A stretch of 64,000 nt of DNA, from the NCBI GenBank assembly GCA_010015805.1, contig ML978129.1:1550001-1614000 (forward strand), given 5' to 3'. Source of the DNA: Rhizodiscina lignyota. Taxonomy: Eukaryota. The notes below the pieces were generated by a model. The model was not told where the DNA came from and did not search any database. It saw only the letters and a program-made list of their open reading frames with translations. This document shows, piece after piece, positions 1 through 12,988 of this stretch. Each line of letters opens with the position of its first letter. Within the stretch, counting starts at the first letter, position 1. A program made the translations under genes and the position numbers.

Positions 1-1803
1 CTTTCGTCTCGTCTCCTCCAGAGACCGCGTCGAAGCTGTTCTACGTATCTGATGACTTCTCGTCGATCGTATGTGGGACATGATTAGATACTATCGTCTT
101 CAGAATTGGCCGCTCTTGTTGTACGGTCTCGCTGCTCTCAGTGGCCACTTCGTGACTCGGGGGCGTGCGGATTCTGAAGTTGACGCTGGTGGACTTGCTT
201 GCAGTATCGCCTTTGTGTTCCTCTTCCTGTTGATTCCTTACTTTCTAGCTCGAATCCATGGCCCATGCGTCGTTGGTCTCGTTACTACCTGGTTCTACGC
301 CTGTTCTTTCGTCTCATCCATCTTATTCATTCGGAGCTCTTCCAGCGCATCGTTTGATTAACCAGCAAGTTATCATCCATTTTCAAAGTCTGTGCGTTTA
401 TACTTCGTCACTCGTAGTATCTCGACGTCTGCTTTCTCCAATTTCGAAATAGGTTGTTGTGTCTGTAGAGCTCTCGAAATACTCTGTGCGTTTCGTGGAC
501 AAAGCCGATATGATCCACACTTTTCCCTAGGGACCTATCATTTACGAAACAGCTACTATCCGGGCAGCGACATATTTGGATGAGGTTGCACATTTTAGAT
601 AGCGCGGATCTAGAATGGTCAGTCTCGGCTGCCTCTGTTGCTGTTGCGATCTGTCAGATCACGATTGAAAAGCGTTGCTGAGGAGCGTTGGTTTCTGTGG
701 GGAGTGGTTGTTGTTATATGCGGCTGTGGCGCATAGTGCTTGGATGTGCCTGTGTGCTATTTTTCATACTGTGTTATATGTACAGCTCGCGTATTCTAAT
801 CCCTGTGCTTTCGAGCACTGGTTGGGAAAACATCAGGTAATGCTGAGTTTATCCTGGCCCCTCTTGCCCTTAGGGGCTGAGACCTCGTTGAGACGGACTG
901 GGGGGTTCAGGTTTTTTTGCCCTTTGCTACAAAAGGGTCGAAACCCACAAGGGTAACTTTATTCTCCACTTTTTTCTTCTCTTCTTCTTTTTCACCTGTC
1001 CACGCAGTACTTGTTTGTCTTATGCTAAATCAGTAATTAGTGCAACTTATGATATATACGGCTCGAATAATGACACAGCTTTGATTGCTCTCTTCAATCT
1101 GCACTGCCTAGGTATTTGCTCTAAACTATTCCATTTTGTCGCAATTTATTCAGCGTTATAGCTAGTCCTAGATAGCCACCTTACCAAGTTACTATTCGCA
1201 TTCCATATTGAACTTCGAAAATCATCACTAATGGCCTCAATTCTCCCCGTAGCAGTCAGACAACGGAACCGACAACGAGACCACTTTTCGCCTTGACGTT
1301 TAATTGGCATTGTTATGGTCTTGACGCCGACGCGCTATTTACAAGGTTCTGGTCGCTCCGATGTGTTTTCGGGTTGATAAGACATTTTACCGTTAGGCAA
1401 GCTTAACGCCTTAGCCTGATCGGGTCTCACACTTCAACGCAAGCGAGACTATATCTAAAAGCTCACTTATACGTTATTTCCAATGTACTAAACACTAGCA
1501 ACCCATTGAAAAGGTTGTTCACTTTGATGGTTATAGAGGCTTACATCAGAGCCGTTTAGTGCCTTAAAAGCTACGCTGCTACGGTAACCCTTTTTGTTAC
1601 CCTCGAGATATACAAGGAGAGCATGATTGGAGCATGTGCCTTGTCAGAGAGAAGTGGTTGATAGAGCCATCGAGACGAGACGTGAGATGTTGGTATCGGT
1701 TGTTGAGCTGTATATGCTTGTGCAAGCTGCAGATGAAGGCTAATTGATCTATGGAAAGGCTTTCAACTATTGCGAAATGCTCCTTGAATCTTTGAACTTT
1801 GGA

Positions 1804-2290
1804 CACTTTGAAGTTGAGCTTTCTATCTCAACTCCGCCGATTCTTATGCACACCCTCTTCCGCGCCTGTTGCCCCAGTTGCGTTTCTTACTTTTCATTAC
1901 TAGACAGTGCTCTATCAAGCCTTCCACATTGATTATCTGAAGTCCTATGCACTTTGGAATTGAGCTTGCTGCTTCGTAGCTGCCGCGCGTGATATTCGCC
2001 GCTCTATAGAGTCTATCTTGGGCCCACCCTTCTTCCACGTCGGTTGCCCTAGTTATGCACTTTACTTTCCATGACTACGGTTGTTCTATGAAACCTTACA
2101 TTGACAGCTTGAAAGTTTATACACTTGGGAGTTGAGCCTACTACCTCCCTTGTGCCCCTTGTGATAGCCGCTACTTTATATTATACACACCCCTCTTCCG
2201 CGTCTGTTGAGCTGGTTAAGCATCTTACTTTTTATGATTGCAAAGTGCTGTGTGAAGGCTTTAGTATTAACCGTCTGAAGCTTAATTTGT
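1804..2290. repeat. Degenerate tandem repeat, ~150-175 bp period, 3-4 decayed units
   Basis: Anchor CACCC(T)TCTTCCRCG recurs at 1851, 2025 and 2188. Anchor CACTT(T)GRARTTGAGC recurs at 1804, 1950 and 2122. Sequence between anchors can be aligned. Confidence 0.7.
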
Positions 2291-2591
2291 TGTTGCGTTG
2301 GGCATTCGCTGTCGCCTGAGGAGTCTCAATGAATGCACAAGATCACAGCATGAACAGTGTAAGCAAGATAGTCATGATGATTCCGTTGGATTTCCCCATC
2401 TGGGGTCGTATGTTCCGCATCCTTTTCTATCTTACAACAACGGAGAAGGCCCGAACGTCATGGGGAGCTATCAGACCCCCCAACCCGTAGCAACCCGGTT
2501 CGATATACCCATCACTCGGTGTGGCGCCTCGTCCGTTCGGGGAACGGACGCTTCGCACACTGCCTCGATCAGGACTGTCTTCCCAGGCAGC

Positions 2592-5500
2592 CTACAGGCT
2601 ATCGGGCGGACTGATGACGCCCATAGCGTCGTCCTTCTCCGGCTCCTTCTCCACTTCCTTCTCCGCTGGCATCTCTAGCCTGAGCTTCTTCTCGAGAGGG
2701 CCAGACTGGCTCTTCTCTGCGCTTCCGAGACCTCCTTCCGTGGTGGCCTCCTCCAACTTCCTCTTCTTCTTCGCCAACTGCTGCTGCTCCCGGATCGGTC
2801 GCTTGCGCGGACTCGTAATCTTGCCCGTTGGGGGCAGACGAGGCTTCGGGAAGCGTTGCTTGACCGGCAATTCCTCGTCCTCGACAAGGGGTTCGTCACC
2901 ATTCTGAAGCTTCTGTGAGAAGAAGGGGTGGACGAGACCAATCTCCGATTGTAGGTTGTGTGCCGTGATAGGGTCCAAGGGAGGCAAATCCTCCATAACA
3001 GCGCCGGTTGTAGTTACAGCACTGATCGCGATGTTAGTAAATGACCTATAAAAGATGTGATAAAGGTAGAACGTACCCAGGATTCTGTGATTGGTATGCA
3101 CTGTGCATCCTGTTCTGTAACAGATGGAGCGGGACGCTGAGAGATCTCAGGCCAAATTCCTTGTCCAATCCGAGTTCCTTGAATCCAAAGAAATCCACAC
3201 CCAATTCTTCGGCATAGTCGCCTCCGACAAATTGATCGCTACCGTCGTCAAAAGCACCAACACCATCTGCGCCAGCATTGTCACCGAGGGCCGGACGAAT
3301 AAGCTCAGCAAGGTGATCTTTCATGCGCTTGTGCATCACCCCCAGTTTCGAGCCCAGTCGCTCTATATCCTCCTTGACATAGGCTTCAAGGCCTCCAATA
3401 TCAACGCCGCTCGAGTGCAGAGCATGCAAGATTGCTTCTTCTTTGGTGAACTTGCTCTGGTATACTGGACGGCCAGCAGCGGTTGAAGCTTGCTTATCAC
3501 GGGTCTTAGGCTGTTCTCGGTAGAAGTTTAGTCCTCGGGTGAGTCGTTCGAAGAAGTTGCTCGCAAGGTCGGTGGCAGAGTCTAGCGCCGAGGGTTGGAA
3601 CTCTTCGTAACCGGAGTGATAGAAGATCTCCGCCACAGTACGCTGTAGAGCTGCTTTGCAGACGACAGGCGCGATTATGGGTCCCTCGTCGGACACCACG
3701 GTTGGCTCGATGTCTTGCTCGTGCAAGGGAAGCGGATTGTACTTCTGGAATTGATTTTGGTACATCTAAGTTGCGTTACTTTTCGTTGAGAGGGGGTGAT
3801 CAAAGTCTTACCTGTGACTGAAGTTGCATTTGCTTTACAATGCCAATCTTTGCACAGATCTTCCTTGTCTCTTGCATCGCATGCATGTTTCCTGCCATCT
3901 TCGACGAAAGGTTACCAGACGGTGCAATGAACTGACCCTTAGGCGCCAGCCGCAGAGTCTCTTCACAGTGGGTAATGACATTGCCATCAGTGTCTTCAAC
4001 CCAATCCAGGGCCTTGGGGAGGTCTGGCAGCGCAGACATGGTATCATAGTAATCAGGCAGGTATCCTTCCTCTTCCTCTTCCATCCCTTCTGCGATGGTT
4101 TCGCTGGGGATCGTTTGTACGCCGTCCATGTCATCAACTTGGACATCCGCCTCTTGTGAGCCCTCTCCCACCAAAGTTTTCTGATGTCTTAGCCAACGTC
4201 TCATGCCTGCCTTCCTTCTTAGTAACGCTGGAGCGTCTGGATTCAGCTTGTCTCCACGAAAGAGCTGGTGACGCCATCCGGCAACTCTTGCTCTTCCTTT
4301 CTTCGTGACTAGCTTCCAGACTTTGAGCTCCGGATCTTCAAAATCGATCTCTTCACCTTGCGCACCGGCGTTGTCGTATGCATTTCCTTCGGCCTCGGAT
4401 GCATCAGCCTGACTTCCGGGAGCAGCGCTACCCGGAGCTCCAAGAGGAGCAAGTGGTGTCAGCGCACCTGGTGATGCAGTTGCAAACCCATTCGTGCTGA
4501 CATCAGCGGGAGCTTCAGAGTCTGGTCTTAGAAACTCATTTCGAAGACTTGTTGACGGTGGAATGGTTGAACCACCGGGAGGCCTCGCCTCCGCTTCAGG
4601 TGTGCCTTCGTTCACGATAGGCGGTGCTTTCCGAACAGAATTGCCCTTCTTTGGGGCTTTGCGGCCTCTGGAAGCCATGAGTGGTTCCTCTTCCTCGCTC
4701 TCTTCGTCACCTTCTAAACCGATTTCCAGTTTAGCTTTCCTTCGCTCTTCTGCTTCGAAGGTCGCGCGATCCATGATGACAACATCGGGGACGTGTTGCA
4801 ACAGCTCTTCGCTGCGCTTGCGCATGTACAGAGCCTTCTTCCGAAGAAAGTGATTTGGGTCGGCGTTGTACTTGAGGCAGTTCGCCCAGATGAGATTCAA
4901 GTCGTCAACGAACTCTCGCTTAGATTTGTACGTCTGGCCGCGGAGTTTCTTGAACATTGAACCAATGTCCATTGGATGCTTGATGACCGAATAGTAATCG
5001 GGAGCTTCGCGCTTGTTAACCTTCTGCAGGAAGGGGCCAGCATATTCCGTTTCGGCCTTCAGGCTGTTGAGCACCTGCTCAGCTGCCTCGTATAACTCTT
5101 CTTGGTTCACTTTGTCGTCGCTTGCCCACTTGCTTCGTCCCTTTCGTACATCCCGTATGATATTACGGATCTCGGCGTCGGTCGCCTTGATCTCTGCGCG
5201 GCGTTCATCAATACGACGGAAGAGATTCTTCATAACAAGGCTTGTTGCGCCAAGATTGGTTGTACTGAGTGTTTCCAGTGGCGGGCCGGCCATATGGTTT
5301 GTAGATCCTGGAGCCGCTTGACCAGAGGTGTCCGCTTCGATCTGAGCCTCCATAGCATCTAACTTCTGCTGCTCTAACCACGCCGCCCTGTCATTCTCGA
5401 GAGTGTAGAAGTAGTTGTTGAACTCTTTCTTGGCAGCCTCTTCTGCTGCTTGTGCATCCTCGGCCGAGTCTTTCGACGCTTCTGGCGCGGCATTATCGAT

Positions 5501-6061
5501 CTCCATGCGGCCTTGAGCATCAGAGGCAGCTACCTGCGCCTGTTCCTGCCCGCTGGATTGGCCGCCTGCTCCATCAGCTTTGTCTCCTTCTTCTTCCTCT
5601 TCATCTCCGTAATCATCCTCGTCGATCACCCGAGCAGCTCTCTGCACCTGTGGAAGGGGAGCGGGAGGAGCGGGAATGTCCTCTTCTTCGTCATCTTCAT
5701 CTCCGTAGTCGTCCTCATCGATCACCCGAGCAGCTCTTCGAATCGGAGGGGGAGGTGCGGGATTGGCCGTGGATGGGCCAGTTTGGAATGCTCCATCATC
5801 GCGCGTCCTAGAGGTATTGTTTGCAGATGCTGCCGCCCCAACACCAACCCTCCTAGGGTTCTTGCTGCGAAGGAAGGCCGATAAACGCGCCGCACTGTTT
5901 GAAAAGCGCTCCTTGAATATGCCAATTTTTCGATCCATCGCTCGTGACTTCTCCTCCAACATGTCCACACCGGCTCCAATTCCGTTCGCGACCCTGTCCC
6001 CAGTGTTTGGTGTTCTGGCTGTCGCAATGGTTGGCAACAGCCATGGGCTGGTCGCGCTCAT
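2592..6061 (-). CDS. SPT7: SAGA complex subunit Spt7 (bromodomain plus C-terminal histone-fold)
   Basis: Bromodomain PFLQKVNKREAPDYYSVIKHPMD...DDLNLIWANCLKYN, conserved SKWASDDKVNQEELYEA, and DFFGFKELGLD...LSVPLHLL. Exons 6061-3812, 3765-3077 and 3021-2592, joined by GT-AG introns. Confidence 0.93.
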
Positions 6062-6493
6062 GCTTGGTCTTGGCGGACCCCTCGTGGTCGAGCGGCCTGG
6101 GTGCTCAAAACCTCACAGAACGCGTAGAACGCGTGTAGACCTGGAGAAATTTCGTAGCAGTGTTGCGCAGTGACTTCCGGTTGCTGTGGGCAGGTTTTTT
6201 CGATGAAATTCGATGGATGTTGGTCGGATGTCGTGATGCGCAACTGTTGTAAGTGCTTGGTCGTTCTTTCTGTTTTGGCAAGCGAGGCAGGCGCCATGGA
6301 GTCAGCCTGGGGCCCGGTATATTCCACAATCCCTGCAGGCTTGGCACCGATGTTTATCCGGCATTTGGCCGGCCCCAGCTTGCGGTAACTCCTCAGATGT
6401 GTTGCAGAAGAACAGCTTTAATACTCTCATTCATCCAGCCTCCACCCACTCTTGCAGTCATGAATAAACGGTAGTTCTTCGCCAAGCCGAAAA

Positions 6494-7350
6494 ATGCGTA
6501 TCCGACAGTATCCCGCAGGTTCGTGACCTAGCTCTCGTACTTTTCCACTGTAGCCTACCCTGAAGCTTTCGCTGTGCATGTGCAAAAGAGTAGACACTTA
6601 ATGGGAAATGTTGTCGTACAATAGTCTTCAGCCTCACCGAGACTCAATTATGAACTTTTCTACGTCTAACCTGTCTCGTGGCTTCCGAGTACACTGACGA
6701 TTCGTGCTAGCTGCGTTCTGCGTACTCCTTTTGGGATCAGCCTATCTGGGCCTCTCGACCACAAAAGTCCCAAGCTACAAGCAAAGCGACAAGGTCTTGC
6801 ACTTCGTCACCTTCTTCCTCCTATCGCTCTGTTTCTATTGGATCCTAGAAACGAACCGGCGGCGCAACCTCCAATTGACGCTATTTGTTTGCTCCGTGGT
6901 GCTGGGCATTGGATCGGAGATTGTCCAAGGCTTGCTTCCGGTAATCTCTCTCGGTGTGCTATGAATATAAACGTGGCTAATCCAAGGTAGAATGGCCGCG
7001 ACTTCGACCCTTACGATATCCTCGCGAACGTTACCGGCTCATTAGCAGCAGTCGGCTTGAGCAGTTTGTATCATAAGCGTATGCTCGAGCGCAAACGACA
7101 GGCCAAGCAATATACTGCAGTTCCTGGGGAAGAAGGAGAAATTGACGTGGAGCTTGGTGAGGGCGTTGGCCCACAAGAGACTGGTGTCACTCACGATGCG
7201 CCCGCGCGCTCGCTCGAAGACGAGGTTGACAATTGGGATGAAAATGCCGAGGACTGGGAGGATGATGCTTCACCAGCAACTGGAGAAGGTCAGAAGACTC
7301 CTGGCAGCTCAACTGACGGTACTGCGGAGCCTAAGAAGCGTAACGATTGA
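6494..7350 (+). CDS. VanZ-like membrane protein
   Basis: Exons 6494-6518, 6711-6940 and 6991-7350 give MRIRQYPAAAFCVLLLG...SDKVLHF...GSEIVQGLLP/NGRDFDPYDILAN, the VanZ-family pattern, followed by an acidic tail. Confidence 0.8.
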
Positions 7351-7799
7351 ATGAGTGCAGATTATCCCTGGGTCTTCCAGTGAATGTATTTGTAGCATAT
7401 GAACATCTTTTGGACTAACAACGGCAAGGTTGAGCTACGGCTTGACCAGGAGTATGGTCGAGATAACGCTCGTGAATGTCCGAAAGAGACGTTCTGGGAA
7501 ACGCGGGTGCTCATAGAGCGATCAATGTAACATATCCCTGATGATGTGGAGTATTTGGATACACCATTAATACACGCGTGTAATGTGGGGTACGAATATT
7601 TTCTCCTGCTCCAGTCTCCATGCCTGTTCGTTAAAATATCTCTGCTTCCGTCTTGACAATATCGCACGTGATCGAAGCTGTCCCTGGTCGCAGGTCGCCG
7701 AACGCCCGCTCGGCAAGCTCCGTTGCGGATTTCTCAAGCTCGAACGCGAAGACGCGTCTAGAAAGCAGCACATTAAAATACACTAATACACCTCACAAA

Positions 7800-9631
7800 A
7801 TGTCTTTCGGCGGCCAGACTCCAACTATCGTCGTGCTCAAGGAGGGCACTGACCAGTCTCAAGGACGAGGGCAAATTCTCAGCAACATAAATGCCTGCCT
7901 GGGAGTCCAAGGTGTTATAAAATCTACGTTAGGGCCTTATGGCTCTGATGTTCTGCTCGTGGATGGAAATGGGAGGCCCACAGTCACAAATGATGATAAG
8001 TCTATGCCTCGCACTGTATCAAAGTTCTTCTGCTGACTATACTTCACGCGCCACCGTTATGAAGCTCCTCGATATCGTGCATCCTGCGGCACGAATACTC
8101 ACAGATATCGCTCGATCGCAAGACGCCGAAGTTGGAGATGGAACAACATCTGTGGTCGTTCTGGCATGCGAAATACTCAAAGAGGTTCGAGAACATGTCG
8201 AAAATGGCGTCAGTAGCCGGATCGTTATCACTGGACTTCGAAGAGCATCGAATATGGCAGTCAACAAGATCAAGGAAATTGCTGTGAGCACGTCAGAAGG
8301 CAACCAGAGAGAGACTCTGCGGAAGCTGGCTGCTACAGCCATGAGCTCAAAGCTCATCCACCGAAATTCCGACTTTTTCACGAAGAGTAGGTTTATGGAA
8401 GACAACTCTCAACCGCTCAGGAGGCTAACATTGCATACACAGTGGTCGTCGACGCCGTGCTATCGCTAGACCAAGATGACCTGAACGAGAAACTCATTGG
8501 CATCAAAAAGGTCTCTGGAGGTGCCCTTCAAGAATCCCTGTTCGTAAACGGAGTCGCATTCAAGAAAACGTTCTCCTACGCCGGCTTCGAGCAACAGCCG
8601 AAATCATTCGACAATCCAAAAATTGTCTGCCTCAATGTTGAGCTTGAGCTGAAGTCGGAAAAGGACAATGCGGAGGTCAGGGTGGAGCAGGTTTCAGAGT
8701 ATCAAGCGATCGTGGATGCAGAGTGGCAGATAATATACAACAAGCTCGAGGCACTGCACAAGACTGGAGCGAAGGTGGTATTGAGCAAGCTTCCAATCGG
8801 AGACCTTGCGACGCAGTATTTCGCAGACCGCGACATCTTCTGCGCTGGTCGCGTAGCATCAGATGACATGGAGCGAGTATGCCAGGCGACGGGGGCATCC
8901 GTCCAGTCTACCTGTTCCGACATTCACCCAACACATCTCGGCACGTGTGAGCGTTTCGATGAGAGACAAATAGGAGGAGAGCGGTTCAACTTTTTCGAAG
9001 GATGTCCACAAGCGAAGACATGCACTCTAGTGCTCAGAGGCGGCGCGGAGCAGTTTATCGCGGAAGTTGAGCGCAGTCTGCACGATGCGATTATGGTCGT
9101 GAAGAGAGCAATCAAGAATCAGACGATCGTGGCTGGTGGAGGGGCTTGCGAGGTGAGATCATTGTTGCTTATTAGGGGTCCATGTCGACTGACAACTTAC
9201 AGATGGAAATCTCCGCTTACTTGCACCGGTTTGCAGACAAGAACATCCCACACAAACAACAGTCAATCATCAAGTCCTTCGCAAAAGCACTCGAAATAAT
9301 CCCCCGACAGTTATGTGATAACGCTGGATTCGACGCAACAGACTTGCTCAACCGTCTTCGCGTGGAGCATCGGAAAGGGAATACGTGGGCTGGAATAGAC
9401 TTTGTGCACGAAAGTGTCACGAACAATCTCGACGCTTTCGTCTGGGAGCCGGCTTTGGTGAAGGTGAACGCCATTCAAGCGGCCACTGAGGCAGCGTGCT
9501 TGATACTGAGCGTGGACGAGACGATCACGAACCAGGAGTCGGAGCAGCCGCAGGCTCCAAGGCGAGGACTTCCACCTGGAGCGGCGCAACGAGCATTAAG
9601 AGGGCGAGGAAGAGGCATGCCACGGAGATAG
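7800..9631 (+). CDS. CCT7: T-complex protein 1 subunit eta (cytosolic chaperonin CCT)
   Basis: Motifs [32 protein letters not shown] and VWEPALVK. Exons 7800-7995, 8048-8386, 8443-9152 and 9203-9631. The first intron is AT-AC. Confidence 0.95.
7996..8047 (+). other. Non-canonical AT-AC spliceosomal intron (U2-type signals) in CCT7
   Basis: Removing ATAAGT...GCTGAC...TTCAC (52 nt) joins ACA AAT GAT G|GC GCC ACC GTT ATG and restores the conserved TNDGAT motif. No GT-AG alternative restores it. Confidence 0.85.
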
Positions 9632-10349
9632 AGAAATAGCTCATTCTGTAACAGCATGCGTATGGCGCTCTTGGAATCGTTCAGCGGTTGCATCCCATTA
9701 AAAGTAGTACGTTAGACGTGTGACACGATACAATCGGTAGATACTGCGGATCAAAAAATTATATACCCCTACCGTACAGAATGGCCGTTTCTTACTGAGA
9801 TTGTGAAATGTCTTGCCGTTTCCTGTTGGTCATTGGGCTGTTGTCGAGGTGGGACCTTGGCGCTCGACCTGCTCACCTACCCTCAACTTCTACTCACGCA
9901 CCTTCATCTCACCAGACCAACTCCGTCGTCGGAAAACAGCCGTAACACGACGCTCGCCTTCTGATCCCTGATTTCAAAACGTGCAGCCAAACTTCATACC
10001 AACCGGCGTCTTTCGGAGACCCTTAGTTTCTTACCGGCAGACGGAAACTAAATCTTTGCGGGGACAAAGTGGATTCCCGTACCTGGATCCAGCAACAATC
10101 AGCAGTGCGGGGAGACTTCACGACACGGTGATATCATGGTGGTTCGCAGCAATACTACTCCGAGCTGGGAGGACATTCTTGTTACATAGCAATTGGAACA
10201 GGCAGAAGATGCAACGTTGATCCGGAACATGGGGAGATTGACAGGAACTTGAACCCTGACTCCAGGTGCCTTATAAGGGCTAAAAAGGTCACTTCTCCGC
10301 AATGTAGGCCTTCACAGGAAGTTTCTTAATTGATTTCAGCCTCGCAGCG

Positions 10350-12988
10350 ATGGGACTTTCAAAGGCTGCTCTCACTTTCTTTTCGCTCTTGCAACTCTCA
10401 GCTTGTCAGGTTGATTACTCTCAATATGTCAATCCTCTCATTGGCTCCTCCGGCCCTTTCGAAGGGCAAGCTTTTGGTGGAGGTGATATTTTCGTCGGCG
10501 GTGCCCTCCCATTTGGTGTCGCAAAAGTTGGCATTGATACTGCAGAGGCAAATCTCAGTGAAGCAACCCTGAACGGAGGATACACGCCAAAAGGAAAAGT
10601 CACAGCCATCAGCATGATGCACGAATCCGGGACGGGTGGCTCCCCGAAGTATGGAATCATTCCTCAGATGCCCCTGACGACCATTAAGCATCCAGTCAAC
10701 TTGTTGGATAACAGGACGTACTGGCAAGAGAGGGTGGGCGACGATACAGCTCAGGTCGGGTACTTCAAGACCAAGTTTGAAAGCGGCGTTACCGTGGAGC
10801 TCTCCGGCAGTCGGCACGCTGGTATTATGCAGTACTCATACCCATCCGGCAAGCAGTATGTTCTCGTGGACGTATCACACGTAAATAATATATAATATAC
10901 CCACCTCCGCTAGTAGCTGCTGATCAGTTGCAGTATCTCCCAGATGGGCTCGGCGGTTACTCCGACCAGTACTACATCGGTGGTGAGATCCATGTTGAAT
11001 CTAATCGAAGCCAGTATACAGGTTACGGAACTTGGATAGGCGGCTGGAATGGTAAGGAACTGCAAAGACTAGGTTGCTAAAGGTAGCCGCTAATATTGCA
11101 TCAGAGGGGGCGCCATACACTGTATACTTCTGTGGCGAGTTCGAGCAGGCTCCCGATGAGGCCCAAACATTCCGTGGACGCAATACAGATCCCATCCGAG
11201 GCTTCCACACATTCAGCGACCAACCAATTGCGCAGGCAATACTCGGAAATGTGTCTGAGGCATCAGGTCCCCTTAACGACAGAGTTGGCGCACTTTTCAC
11301 CTGGAATGGCGATTCAGGCTCAACCGTACGATCTAGAGTCGGCATATCTTTCATTTCGTCTGAAAAGGCATGTATGTTCAAGAACACGGAGATTCCCTCC
11401 TGGAATCTGAACACTACCGTTAGTGCTGCAGTCAAGGAATGGAATCAGGACGTCTTCTCGAAAATCAAGGTCCCCACGGATGATTCTGCCAACCGCACAA
11501 ACCTCGTACTCCTGTACTCCTCCTTATATTTCATGCATCTGATGCCCTCTGATCGGTCTGGCGAGAATCCACTCTGGGAGTCATCTGAACCCTCCTGGGA
11601 TGACTTTTACACAGCTTGGGACATCTTCCGATGCACTGTGAGCTTGTATCATATACTACAACCTGTCTATTACGAAAGCATGATCCGCGGCCTCATCGAC
11701 ATTTGGCGATTCGAAGGTTACATGCCTGATGGCCGATCCGGCAACTACAACGGTCTCGTTCAAGGAGGCTCGAACGCTGATAACATCCTGGCCGATGCAT
11801 ATGTCAAAGGCCTCCGAGGCGCCATTAACTGGACTGATGGATATGCTGCAATGAAAAAAGATGCTGAAGTTCTTCCTTACAACACATTCAGCCCGAATGA
11901 CGAGACGTCAAGCGTCAAAGAGGGAAGAGGTGCTCTCTTCGACTGGATACCGCTCGGATACGTGTCGGCCGATCGGACTTACCGACCAGTCTCTCGAACT
12001 GTCGAATACGCTCTTAACGACTTTGCTCTGTCCCAAGTGGCCAAAGGAGAGGCTCCAGGAGATGTGCAGAAATACTTGAAGCGGTCCGCGGGCTGGCAGC
12101 TGATTTGGGCACACAATGCTACAAGCATCGATACCTCCCCTAAATTTACAGGCTTCCTTGCACCTAAAAATGCAGACGGCAGGTTCAACATCACTGACTA
12201 CAACCCAGCCCTCTGCGGCGGATGTGAATGGTCCGACATATCGTACGAAGCGACCCCATTCGAATATAGTTTTACCATCCCCCACGATCTCGAGACGCTC
12301 ATTCAATTTATGGGCGGCACAGCGAGTTTTGAACGACGCCTTGACTACATATTCCAGCCCAACACATCGCAGCAGAATCTGGGCGCCAACGGCGCTGGAA
12401 TCACCACGATCATGTGAGTCATTCTGTGAGAGCAGGAGCAGAGACTAACTCCAGAGCTGTGCTAATTTGTGTAGGAACATTGGTAATGAGCCCGACTTTG
12501 CCACGCCGTATCATTACAACTACATCAACAAGCAGTATAAGAGCGTGATGCGGGGTCGCGCTCTGGCGAATGAGTTCTTCCACGATGCGGACTATGGCGT
12601 ACCCGGTAACTCTGATGCGGGTGCGCTAAACAGCTGGCTCATATGGCAGATGCTCGGCATGTATCCGATTGTCACGCAGCCTGTGTATCTGATCGAGTCG
12701 CCGTGGTTCAACGACATCAATATCACAGTTGGGGCGAATAAGACGCTCCGGGTCACTGCTAATGGACTTGGGCAGGATAGTTACTACGTTCAGAGCGTGA
12801 AGATCAATGGCAAGGACTGGAACAAGAACTGGTTCGAGCACGATGACGTGATGGCGAATGGCGGCACGATTGAGTTCAATTTGGGGAATAAACAAACGAA
12901 GTGGGAGACAGGTGATGTACCACCGAGTCCCGGACATATGGTACTGCCAACTTCTTCCAATGGATATCTGAATGGCACTTCGAAATGA
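10350..12988 (+). CDS. Secreted glycoside hydrolase family 92 alpha-mannosidase
   Basis: Signal peptide followed by YVNPLIGS, HESGTGG, WDIFR, QGGSNADN, SRTVEYA, GNEPDF and PGNSDAGAL motifs. Three short GT-AG introns at about 10881-10933, 11052-11104 and 12414-12474. Confidence 0.92.

Noticed and set aside
7996..8047. Frameshifted CCT7 pseudogene or U12-type intron
   Set aside because: The rest of the gene is intact and an AT-AC splice restores the motif exactly. The signals are ATAAGT/GCTGAC, not the U12 ATATCC/TCCTTAAC.
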